This document shows positions 46,588 through 58,582 of a stretch of DNA of 64,000 nucleotides, piece by piece. Where the stretch lies: assembly GCA_020891255.1 (NCBI GenBank), contig BQFW01000010.1, positions 62,001-126,000 of the forward strand. The letters run 5' to 3'. Within the stretch, counting starts at the first letter, position 1, and every line of letters starts with the position of its first letter. Source of the stretch: Entomortierella parvispora E1425 (Eukaryota; Fungi; Mortierellomycota). Made by a program: the position numbers and the translations under genes. The notes beneath the pieces are model-generated. The model was not told where the DNA came from. It was given only the letters and a program-made list of their open reading frames with translations, and did no database searches.

Positions 46588-49500
46588 ATGACATTCACGC
46601 TTGACGTCGTGGCGCGCCCTGGGACCGATCCGCCACACGACTTTTCTCGCCTCGTCGAGAGTCATCAGTGCTCGTGGTCACAACCATCCGCCAACTTTAT
46701 GCATATTCTCGAAAATGCATCCAAGGACCCAAGGATCCAGTCTTGTGGCGAAAAGGCGGAAAAGGCTTTGTGGGCTCTTCGCAACCATGGGCTCCGTGCG
46801 GATCCTCACCCCGTAGACCCTAGGAGTTCAGTGGCTCATTTTATTACCCAGAATTTCTTGCAGCCACGCGGTAAATTCGACCTGCAGCTATCAGTCAACA
46901 GCAGCGACAACCCAGTTTTATCAGGACTCCCAACGAGAACGCAGCTCCTGTTCGTGTTTCTTGCAGAACGGCTCAACTGCAAAATCTTCTTATTTTCCAG
47001 TCGAGGAAAACCCAGAGTCTATTGTCCAACAAGAGAAGGCCCGTCTCAACCGCGAGTTTGTGGATTTTTCCACAGAGTGGACTCATTTCTGAAATTCTCG
47101 GAATATCTAGTCCTTGTGCCTATCGACAATTTCATCCTTACTCCTATGGACCAGGTGGTGGGCGATTTAGTGGTGGCTCCTGTGAGTGAGCTGGTTCCGT
47201 CTTCCGTTAACCACTCGTCTCCTGTTGACACCGTTTCATCACCTACCAATGCTGCCACGTTCCGGGCGAACAAACGAAAGATCCACTATGGGAAAGGGCC
47301 GGACGATAATATGAAGGCTGAATTACTTGTTTGCTTTGAGGAGTCATGGTAAGGTTGATATTCAAGTCTGTATTGATCAAGAACTCGTAAACGAGGACTT
47401 TTGTTGATGATTTTCTGCTTCCTTAGTTATAAGCATTTGGAAGTGAAAATACAGGAGCATATTGGCAAGCTGAACGACAGCAAAAATAAGGAAGTGGAGG
47501 GAAAACAGGAGTTCAAGCAACGACTATTGAACCAAAAGAGTTTACCAAAAGGTCCTCTTGTGGATGCCGCCGACATCTACATCAATCGCAATGACCACCC
47601 AATGAAACGTAGCAAGGTGACTTCTGACATTACTACAGCAACCAACAAGAACAACCTACGAATATGGTGCAACGTTGTGGAAGCAAAATTCGACAACATA
47701 TGGGAAGAATGCGAGAAAAATTTGGGAACCATTCAAGCGGAACCTGACAAAGGAAAGAAACGAAAGGGATCCAATCCGGATGAAGGCGGAGAGCCCAAGA
47801 CACCTATTGCAGGCGAGGATGAGGAGAATGATGACGACTGGCGTACGTGCACGGTGACTTTGAAGCAGATTCTTCATCCAAGCCTTTCAAATGACGAGGA
47901 CTACGGCAGAATCCTTAAGCTTCTTCATGAGGCACAGGCGCACGTCACCGACGTTGAGCGATCGCTATATCTCTTGGCACAGATCGGAACGATCTTGGTA
48001 AGTCGACATTCAACGGCCATCGAGATCGTCAGCTGGTGAGCTCCCTTCATCAGCTGCTATAGTTGCAGACAATTGATGCTTTTTTTTTATTGTTGTTGTT
48101 TCCAGGCAGGAGCCGGTGCCTGTATGGGGCAAGACAGCACTTTAGATTTGACCAACGTTCTCCCGCCAGGGTACATCGTTTCCCCAGAACAGAGGATTAT
48201 CCACGTCGCACCAGTCGCAACACAACAGGCTGGCATTGAAAACAAGAACTCTGGCATGCACAGCGACATCCGAAACCTCCTTTCCCAGAATCATCTAAGT
48301 AATATGCACACAGTATTCAAGGAGAATGGAGACGGCCGCAAGGGCAAACTTCTTGCTAAGAGCGGCGACGGCCATCCAAAGTGGCGTGAGTTGTCGACAA
48401 TCATCGACAACAAAGTGCCAGGTGTTACTATTCCCTACAAGGATGGGTTCTCATCAGTTGTCGAGGCGCACACTCGCCAATGCTCTACAGCAATCAAGAA
48501 TCTGTGGGAAGGCAACGTGTATGAAAAGGCACTTGACTATCTACTCCGTTACCTTTTGTCGGCATGGTTGGCTCCGAACCGGGCAGCGGCGCACAAGGAG
48601 CGAAAGATTAAGGCTGTCAAAAATAAGGAGGAAAAAAAAAGCGGCGAAGGACGCCATTCCAGACAGTCTTAGTCGATCCCAATGGCGTCACGCAATGTCC
48701 AGGCTGATGGATAACATTGCCCGATACCATTCCAATGGCCGCCTGGATCAACTCCAGCATTTTGTGGTTCCACTCCTGCGGCTCTATGCCAAAAAGCCTC
48801 TCCCAGCTGATGCAAACGCCAGCAAATCCTTCCAGAAACTTTCGGAAACTCAGCTCTCTGGGACAGGTCTAGGCAATGCTGGCGATCCAGAGGATGTATT
48901 GCCCGATGACGATCCAGAGGATTTATTCGCCGATGACGATCTTGACTTGTGTCTTTTCGAGAGTCAGGACTTCCTGAACGAACTTGACGGCGGGTTTATG
49001 ATGGAAACAGAAATATCATGCGGTGAAAATCAAAATGCTTCCGGACCAGAAGAGAAAGAGAAGGAGCCGAGCCGCCGAACGCTTCGCAGTCTGCAAGCAA
49101 TCGTTAAAACCTTGCTTGAATCACCGCTACCCTGCTCGACTTTCACCATGACCCACATCAAAGACACTGTTTACAAGGGCACATCTTTTACGGAGAATCA
49201 GCTCATGGTCGCCCAGAAGATCATCAACGCCCTCCGTCCCTATGTCCCTCGCCGATGGAGGAACGCGCAGGACGATGACTACCGCCCACACACTCCACAC
49301 ATTGTCCTTCGCGCTCCAATAGTGCTTATATCGAACGCCATCCTACGTCTTTTAGGTCAGGTTGAATTCACTCGACGATTGTCTCCTGTCATATCTTCAG
49401 GAAAACTGCACGGCTTGCACTTGGGCGCTCGCCACATATACGAGGTGCTCAGTGGCCCCATGGGTGGACGGTATGATATCAACGGCGACCTTGGCATTAT

Positions 49501-51669
49501 AACAAATGTAACAGACTGCGTTGGATCCTTGATGGCAAAAAGGGCAGTCTTTGCAAATTTTTTTGATATCGACAAAATCGACGCCATATGCAAGAAGCAC
49601 GGATTTCAATTTGGAACGAGGTAATTTATGTTGCAACTATCCCTTGTTTCAGCTGAAGTAGTTCACAGTTGCTCATAGCAAGACTAACGATGTTATGGTA
49701 AAATATTTTAGAATGTCCTTCGTCGATGAGTTTACTCTAAACATGTCCGGGCCCCAGATCGGAGATACTCGATATCCAATAAGGAGCGCCTTCGATGATA
49801 ATAGGAAAGCTAGTAAGGGCCTATCAAACGGGAAGACTGCACGTTGGCGTATTGAATTTGAGCGGAGTGGTCTTTCCAAGGGCGACGTGGAGCATCAGGT
49901 GGAGATAGCCAAAGCAAGCGTTGAAATGAAAGCCAAGGAGCGGGAAGGCCCTCGTAAGGAGATCGTTTCTCTTCGGCGAGACTGTAACCAACTCAACAGC
50001 AACATCAGAGCCTTGCCTAGGAGTTACAGCAACGGTGGCAGTGAAGGTGACGGCCACAAAAACCAATTAATGTTGGATCTCAAGGTTAAGCAGGCCACGC
50101 TCAGAAAGAAAGAAGGGAGGTTCCGGCAACTTGATGATGCGTGGGAGCGATCAAAAAAAGCGCTCTACTATTGGAACCGACTTTTGGCAATGTCGAAGAA
50201 AAAGGCACCAAAGGACAACCCAAAGAAGAGAGCCAAGGCCAGCGCAAACAAGACTCTTCAGATTTCTCCAAGGTGGGATCGGCCGCAAGCAGAGGACGTT
50301 CCGCAGCGCCTGGATCTTGATCCATTATTTGAGCACCATCTTAAACCGTGTCCCATTTCAAAGCGGACCCAGGTAGTGGCCATCTTGGCCGAAGATCCGG
50401 GTGTGAGAGTGATGTCAGAGAATGTTTTTCTGACCGTGGAGGGAATACGCGAATCAGTCAACAGATTTCAGCTACTGGCAGGTGAGTCTCATCATACGTG
50501 ACAGGCATGGATTTCAATACTATTGAACACAGTTCTAATTTTATGTGTCTATAGACCTCAATGAGCCAGAGCCAGAGGAGGCCCAGGCTGAGCCGGAGGA
50601 TACAGTTCCAGTGGCGTGGACAATGGAGCAGCGTGTACATACCAAAAAGGCTGTACAGGGTATGAAACTGCCCAAGGCTCATCGGATAACAGCACGCCAG
50701 GTTGACGATATCTCATTTGCACGAAAACTTCGCAAAAAACGAGAGCAGTTGCTCAGATCAGACAAGCACAGGCAGGCAAAGGCTGATCTACAAATGCTTT
50801 CGGACCCGGATTCATCTCTCGCCACAGCCTCCACAATCGACCGTGTCCAGCAAGCCATGAACGTTCGCGGATCAATTGAAGGACTGAGTGCTCACCTGCA
50901 GGCTCTTAATGGAGATCCCGAGCTTATCAAGCTTCGTCGAACTTGTAGACACCGGACAGTGAGATCTTGGGCCAAAGTCACCAGTAATCTGCGTTCCAGA
51001 TCCGCAGAATATACGATCAACAGACTGGCTGAAGACATGCGTGGCGAACCATGTGTGGACAAATCTACAGGCTATTGCTCCAATTGCGAGCGCGTCGAAA
51101 TATCCAAGTCCCGTATACCAGCTCCATACAGCCACCCCTCCTATTGTGTGAAGACTACCCCAGTCGTTCGCCATGTAATATTCATGGGCGCCGCCGGTAC
51201 TGGTGTGGGGTCTAGAATTGGTGGGCATTACCGCCTAGGAGGCAAGAATATCAGGAAACAACATCGCCAGGTTGGAACCGTGGTTGTTACTGATGAGTAC
51301 ATGTCGACCCAACGTTGCTGCTTCTGCTTTAAGAAAACTCACTCGGCACGCTCAAGGAGATTAGTCACAACTGATAAGGGAAAGACGGTCAACACCGTAC
51401 TAGTGAACGGGTCAAAAGAGTGCGACAACACGGCATGCCCTGCGTTCAAGAATGGCTATACAACTCGACCTCGGGACACGCAAGCATGCGTGTGCATTGG
51501 CATATCGGGGTTTTCTGCAATTCAAGATCAAGAAAGAATCCCTTTAGCACCATTTCGTCCACACCTTGAACCGTGTGAACACGATCAACACCAGCAAGAC
51601 GCTGGAATCCAAACTCGTAGTTCAACCCGAGGCGGGTCAAGGGCTACTCCCGGAAAAGGGCTACATTGA
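46588..51669 (+). CDS. Giant Fanzor1-type (TnpB/OMEGA-family) RuvC endonuclease, 5 exons, one +1 frameshift
   Basis: Exons 46588-47348, 47427-47997, 48106-49620, 49712-50481, 50555-51669 (all GT-AG, phases compatible). RuvC-I VAILAEDPG (D 50394), GAAGTGVGSRIGGHYRLGG, RuvC-II VVTDEYMSTQRCCFC (E 51295), Zn finger CDNTAC, RuvC-III RDTQACVCI (D 51475). Frame break at A9 48632-48640. Confidence 0.88.
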
Positions 51670-51700
51670 GGTAAACTTGGTTCGCTTCAATCCAGAATTG
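51570..51700 (+). ncRNA. Candidate omegaRNA scaffold/guide overlapping the Fanzor 3' end
   Basis: Successive hairpins cgtg-tgaa-cacg (51572-51583), ccagc-aagac-gctgg (51591-51605), acccg-agg-cgggt (51625-51637) and ccc-ggaaaa-ggg (51649-51660). Position expected by analogy to TnpB/Fanzor; no expression evidence. Confidence 0.35.
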
Positions 51701-51759
51701 TAAACACTGATACTAATCACGTGATATTGTGTTTTGGTGACAGGCATTGTATTAAGTAT

Positions 51760-53456
51760 TTACACGGAAAGCTCGAAATATTGATGATCGTGTCCGGTGC
51801 TTTTCATGATCCTCATGGCGACCAGCGCCCGTGTTGACATTGCCCAGACGCGATGCACACCATGCCTTGCCACCAGACGTCCCATCCTTGTCGTGATCAG
51901 CCAAACCAACGCTGTCAACAGAACGAACAGGATCAAGCTTGCATAGGGATAAAATGCCACGATCCAAGTTGGGTAATAAAATTTGTGGAACCTGCACGTC
52001 TTGTCCACGCCCAATCGTTTGATCTTCATTCCCGTTGTGTGGCTCCCGTCCGTTGGAGGCAGAGTCAGTGGTAGTTTCTTGATGCCCTCGGTCAGATCGT
52101 GGACTTCTCGACAAAGAGCACACATTCCTCCATGGTAGTCGGGTCCCCATTGCATCCCGTACTTTTCTCTGGAGGGGACATCACTCGCCCGAACCTTGCC
52201 CCTGTTGGGGCCAGTCCCATGGGTCAGCCATTCTGTTGTCGTCTTATTGAGCGATCCAGTCGTGTCCAGATCCCAGTTATCCACAAACCAGGGGAGTAGC
52301 CGGTCTTTGTAGTCCTGATTAAACGTCTCTGGTTCGCTGATCCGTACGTGTCCATTGCTGTCTGTGTTGGCCGCATTCTTTTTTGCTCGATACGACAGAT
52401 ATTCCTCGTACGCCCCGTCATCCTGATCTAACCGCCTCAAGAACGCAGCCAAGGCCTGAGGGGATCCAAAATCGTCATAGACAATCAAGGATTTCGCGGC
52501 TGGTTGAAGGCGCGAGTAATCCTTGGGGCCATCCACGATCGGAACCGACCCGACGGCGAGGGGTCTCCAAAGCTTTTCCGTGATATAGTCCTCACAATTG
52601 GTGTTTTCGAGCGCGAGATAAAACTTGTAGTGCGAGACCAGTTCCTCATCCGACATTTCCTTGGCAGAGTCGTCCTCGCTGTCCGGGGTATTAATATTAA
52701 TATTAATATTATTATTATTATTGGAGGTGGACGCTTGCTTGGGCCATGCTCGACTGGGAATGCAGTGGCCATAAATGTCCACAGGGATATATTTCTGGAG
52801 TTGTTGGACCATAAAGTGCCGACCATTGGTGGCCTCACAGTTGCTGGCGATCCAGGCGACGGGGGCCAGGGGTCGATTGTCCTGAGGATGGAAGCCATGT
52901 TGACGGTATTGATTCTTTTGGGCGAGCGATTTGAAGGCCGGTCGACTGACGAGGTTGATGAGTCCATCGGGGAGGTCGCGTCCGGCTTTGAAGTAGGAGC
53001 CAATAAAGTCGGATCCAAAGTGATAAGTGAACCGGTAGGTGAACAGGTTCATGTAGCGTGCCTGGTAGTGATGCGGGTCTGGTCGCTCGGCTAAGGGATA
53101 GCACAACAACAGAGAAAGGGTTGAGTGAATCCTTCAGAGAACAAGAAAAAAAAGAAGAAAAAAAAAAAAAAAAAAAGAGGACAAACGGCAGAGGATTGGT
53201 TAGTGTGGATGGTGGTGTTTTTCTTACCCTTGTTGAGCACCCAGGCTTTGACGTTGTTCTGCGCGTCCTTGACTGGCGGCAGATCATGGGGGTCCCAGTC
53301 GTGAAAGACGACCACGCGCGAGTCAGCATAACGCGAACGGTCGAGCGTGTGTTTGCATGTGTAGGGCAGTCCGCATTGGTCTGTGACCATGCCTTCGTAG
53401 CGATCCTCGCCAAACCAGCGCGTCCACCACAGGATTGGGTACTCCTTGGAGGTCAT
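51760..53456 (-). CDS. Alpha-(1,3)-fucosyltransferase, glycosyltransferase family 10
   Basis: Exons 53456-53228 and 53090-51760. PILWWT, VVVFH, FTYRF, VAWIASNC, PVDIYGHC and the alpha-1,3-FucT motif YKFYLALENTNCEDYITEKLWR...GSVPIV. Confidence 0.9.
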
Positions 53457-53686
53457 TGGATGAGATGAGACTGAATGGAATGGAATGGAATGGATGAAAA
53501 TGGAAGGAAAGAAGAAAAGAAGGAAAGAAAGAAAGAAAGAAGGCAAGGATGGAAGCAATCAGGAAAAGGGATGAAGGACAAGGACAGCGACAACAACAAC
53601 AAACAAGAAGAGAAAGAGCATCGTTGCACACTGCACTGCTTGCACACTGAACACAAACAGACAGAACTGAACACTGAACACCTTTC

Positions 53687-53751
53687 TTCCCTCCTTCCCT
53701 CCTTCCCTCCTTCCTTCCTTCCTTCCTTCCTTCCTTCCTTCCTTCCTTCCT
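53687..53751. repeat. (CCTT)n / (CCCT)n microsatellite between divergent genes
   Basis: Tandem cctt units directly visible. Confidence 0.9.
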
Positions 53752-53982
53752 TCTCCCATTGTTCCCCTTTCATTGCATCCCTTTTCATTCACTCCTTTCA
53801 TCGCATTGTTCATCTCCACCTTCATCTCTCCTTTCTTCCTTCATCCATCACCCATCACCCATCTCTCTGCCCCTTGCCCCTCCATCAAAAAAAGAAACTT
53901 CAAAACAGGAATGACCTGCTGTTGATCCCTCCTTCTCCTTCTCGTCCTCTCCTCTCCTCTCCTCTCCTCTCCCCATCATCGC

Positions 53983-56900
53983 ATGTCCGACCCCGTCATC
54001 TCGTCCTTTGCGCCTGGCCATGACCATGCCCCCGACCATACCAGCACTAGCCATGTCCATCTCCCTCACTCGTCCATCGCCCGCTCGTTGACTTCTCCCC
54101 CTCGTATCCATATCCCCCAGCCAGCAGCCATCAATCCTTCTTCCCCTTCACCCTACTCGGCTGCATCTTCCCATGCGTCCTCACTCAACTCCCCCGCCTC
54201 CTCATCTCCTGGCCATGGCCGGGCCTCCTTGGGTCATTCTCCCCATCCTTCCTCCTCTTCAGTCCATCGACAGACGATGCAGCAACGACAGAGCTACCAT
54301 GGACGAGCTCGTCTCGGCAACACCACCTCGGCCGAGGCAGCGGTAGCAGCAGCAGCAGGGGGACATCCTGCGCTTGCAAGAACGCCGCGTCGCGACTCGT
54401 CGCTGCCTTTTCCTCTGCCTTCAGTCTTGCCAGCATTACCTCCACTTATCCCCGTTACCCCCTCACCTTCCTCGTCCCCTATGACCTCGCCCATGACCCT
54501 TGCTCAGCCGCCGTCTACCCGTTCGCCAGGTGCCACGTTGTTGTCAACGCTGACCATGTCATCCTCCCCTGCTTCTGCACAGCCAGCTTTGCCTAGCGGA
54601 ACCAGTGCAGTTGCGCAACCCATGACTGTCGCACCACATCCTTCTCAGAAACAACAAAAGACCAGCCAAGAACAGGGCGGACGTTCTTCCACCGACACAA
54701 AGAGGACAGAGGGAGGATCGACAGGACCAGGCACACCAAAGTCATTATTGGCATCTGGATCAGGAGGAGCCCCATCTGGATCAGAACCAGTCCTAGGATC
54801 GAATCATGTATCAGGTTCATTATCATCGGCCCCAGGGGAAGAACGACCACCGGCGCAGCCATACTCCCAGCATCCTCATCCCCAACCCCATCCTCACCAC
54901 CCTAACCCACAGCAGCAGAAACAGCTGCAACAACCACAACCACAACCGCAGCCGAAACTGCAGCTGCAGCGGCAGGGCTCTTTGGATGGGTCTCTGCCCT
55001 CCAATGCAGTCGCTCCACAAGAACAACAATGGCCCGAGAGTCCACGCGTGTTCCTAGACCGTATCAAGGAGACGGTCTCCAAGGCAGAACTCGGCAACCT
55101 GCTCTCCAAGGGCACTGACGCCTTCCACCTGGCCGTTCTGAGAACACATATGGAGTCGTTTGACTTTAGACGGGATCCCATCGATCTTGCGCTTCGGTAA
55201 GGGCATTTGGGCACGCAACTCTGCGCTCTCTTTGCAAATGATTACACGCACTTTTTTCATTCTATGGCCGCAAGAACCATGGCTAATCAATATTCCTTTC
55301 TTCCGTCATCCTGCCTTGTACTCCAATAGTAAGTTTCTCCTCGACTTTCACTTTCCCAAGGAGGCACAACAGATTGACCGCGTCCTTGAGGCCTTTGCTG
55401 GTCGTTACCACGGTTGCAACCCCCATCTTTTTCGTTCGGCAGGCAAGTTACCTGATCTGCTCTTTAACATCCATTTCGCACCATTATCTGATGAGCCGTC
55501 ACCGTCGGACTAAACTGTAATAACCTCTGGGACCCTTAGATGTTGTCTATACCCTCGCATTCTCGTTAATGCTCCTCCACACCGATGCCCACAATAAGAA
55601 TGTCCGATACAAGATGACAAGAGAGCAATATGTTCGACAGGCAAAGAGCATTGACGGTGTCAACACCATCCCTGCCGATATTCTTGAGGTTTGTGGGAGT
55701 GAAAAAAAAAAAAAAAAAATTGAGCCTCGGTTCTTGGTTCTTCCAGTATCTTTTGTATTCTTGGACGATTCTCTGACAAGGGTTGATCCGTGTTCTCGAA
55801 TTAGGTTCTCTATGACAACATCACCTATCTCAAGTTTGTTTATGCAGAGGACGAGATGGATGTCGATGGTCAGCGACTGGCCGACGTTCAACCACCCGCC
55901 ACGTCGTGGTTCCCAAGACGGAGGACAGCGAGCAGTCAAAGAATCGACTCTTACAACATGATTCGACAAGGCAGCATTGCGCATCTGGCACCAGACCTGA
56001 GCGACTTGATTCCGTTCAGGTGGCCATATTACTGGAAGGGAACCATTGAAATGGTAGACAACGTTCAGATCAACAACCAATTCACGAGAGCACCAATGAC
56101 CTATGTTCCAGGTCTGCGCTCCAGGCGCCATAGCCAGAATTATACCCACGCTGGACGACCTCCTCTGACTGGTCTGGGCGCAGGCGCAGCAGTCCACCCA
56201 GAGCTGATACCTTCCAACGAATGTGATTCCAGACGGACTGCAGAGGAAGAAATGGACGGTGCAGCGGAGCTCAAGCTCGCTAAATTTGGCATCCTCTCCC
56301 GAAAAATTGATTTGGAGCATGGTCGAAAGAGCTCAGTGCGGGGATGGCGAGACCTGGGTGTCATCTTGAGCGGGTCTCAGCTCTTGTTTTTCACAGAGCT
56401 CGCTTGGTTTCAACAACAGCGGGCAGCTCTCCCAGGGTTCGATCCACGTGCCCCGCCAGAGGTGGATGGCTATTTTGCAAGTGAACTTGGCGGTGGCCCC
56501 CCACCTATGCCACAAGCTTTGATTTCGACCATGAACTCGATTGCTGTCGTGGACAGTGGTTATCAAAAGTACCCCCATGTCTTCCGACTTGTTTGTCCCA
56601 ACGGGAAGCAGTATCTGTTCAGAGCCGACTCGGAGCACGAGATGAATGACTGGATGGCACGGATCAACTATGCCTCCGCGTTCAAGACTGCAGGCGTTCG
56701 ACTTCGAAACTATAGAGTCGCGTGGGCCAGTGATGTGGTCTGGATCAAGGATGAGCAGGGACGCCACCAACTTCGACGAAAACTCAGGGCAGATCCAGGA
56801 GAGGTTGTTGGACCCATCGAAGGACGGACTCAGCTGATCCAAGTCAAGATGAAGGACATTGACAGAGAGATCAATGCTTGCTCTGCATCCTTGGCAGCAG

Positions 56901-58582
56901 AGTTGAGATTGGCTCGCGGCCTGGAAGTCATGATCCCTCTCCAGACAGTGACACGTCAAAGGATTGTCCAGAGTGCCACATTGGTTGGAAAGCGACTTCG
57001 ACATCTCATGCTGGAAAGGACAAAACTGGATTGCTTCCGTACCATCCTGGAACGTGACCTTGCCCTGGTCCCTTCAAACTGTTACGTGCAAGACGAGCGA
57101 TATAGATGGGCCAATGGTCAGCCGACCCAACCAAGCGACTGCCTTTCAGGAACTACGCAGTATAGTCGGTCCTCTGCACCTACAGCAGTAGATGATCATC
57201 TGGATCTGGCTAGAGAGGAATATGTTCTGGACTCCAGTAGAACCAGCTCTAGCAGTCTCTACAGCGGAAAGGGATTGGCCCGCCCTCGTCTTAACCTACC
57301 CGAGTTCCACAGGACGGTGAGCGAAAACGTTTTGGACGAGCATCGACGGTCTCGTATCGTGAAGGAGACCGACATTCCTCAGGGACCAGCGGCGATTCAG
57401 GCGGCCATTATTGAGGCTGCTCGAGGAGGAAATGGTAGCAATGGCGGCATGTCCAGCACTTTGTCCAGTCCAGACCCCAACCGATACCAGGACAAGTCTC
57501 CCCGCAAGGGACACCCACCTCCCTCCCCTTCAAGTGGAAAGACATTCCTTACGCCAGACTCACCCGATATGCCCATGGGTCGCTCCCGTGCATTGTCGAT
57601 GCCAGGAGAGCGTCCCAACCGGATGCCCAGGACCGTTTCAATCTACTCGAGCAGCTCTCAGACTGCCAACAAGTTGAAGCGACTCTTCGAACAAGGTCTT
57701 GGTCACCTCAAGTGGGGAAGCGGCAGCTCATCCCATAGCTCTGCCATTCCCCCCATCCCCTCAATCCCTGTTCCGTCATCCTTGAGCATGGAGACCACCT
57801 TTGATCCATCCGAGATTGCAGAGGCCAGACACAGTGTCCGCGACAACACAACAGGACCTCCTTCTCCACGGACGGATGACTACTCCAAATTGAGCACTGG
57901 CTCTCATCCTGATATTATCCGGACGAGTCACTCGAGTCACTCCGTGTCGTTTGCTGAAGATCTGGACGCTCCTGCCCTCAGGATCCATGATCTTTCGAAC
58001 GTGACTTTAGAGTCATCAGGATCATCCAGCGCAGGTTCAGGATCGACCGAAAGTGAAGAGACTGTAGCGTCCACACTCCCAGAATCAACAGAAACAATGG
58101 CGACAGTGACGACCACGAGCAGTGTGTCGGATGATACCAGTGCAACAGGACTGGGTATTATGGCTGCTGACGAGGATGTCGATAATGGCGAGGATGAAGT
58201 CGTGATTGATCGAAGCATTCAACAACACGCTCAGCGCGCTACCGACCCCTCGTTCTCGTCCTCGACCTCGTTGGAGCGATCGTTTGTGATGATGGTCAGT
58301 ACGGACTATGTCACAGAAGCGGACAACCATGAGGACTCTTTGGACAACCTGGAGGATGCCGACCTTGACGATCACCAGCTGGATCAAGAAGGCGACGACC
58401 AGGACGATGACGATGAAGAGGTCGATGCGCAAGAAATGGACGATTACAAGGAGGCCGGTCTTCATGAAGAGTACAAGGCCGCCCGGTTGTTGACCAGTGA
58501 TCTGAGTCTTTCGCTTTCGCTTGATATGCCCGCGCTCTCGACCATGTTGGACAACGAGGATTCCTGGCACACGATTCCATGA
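53983..58582 (+). CDS. Sec7 + PH domain Arf guanine-nucleotide exchange factor (Syt1-like)
   Basis: Exons 53983-55196, 55330-55442, 55540-55689, 55806-58582. Sec7 motifs DPIDLALRKFL...FPKEAQQIDRVLEAFAGRY and VYTLAFSLMLLHTDAHNKNV; PH-like GILSRK...W...VILSGSQLLFF...YLFRADSEHEMNDWMARINYA. Intron 2 is GC-AG. Confidence 0.92.

Noticed and set aside
46450-51760. Terminal inverted repeats or TSD delimiting the Fanzor element
   Set aside because: Manual comparison of the upstream 140 bp with the reverse complement of the downstream 100 bp gave nothing longer than about 6 bp.
52485-53475. Long ORFs antisense or out of frame to the fucosyltransferase (and similar shadows over other genes)
   Set aside because: Shadow ORFs of GC-balanced coding sequence; no independent motifs or splice logic.
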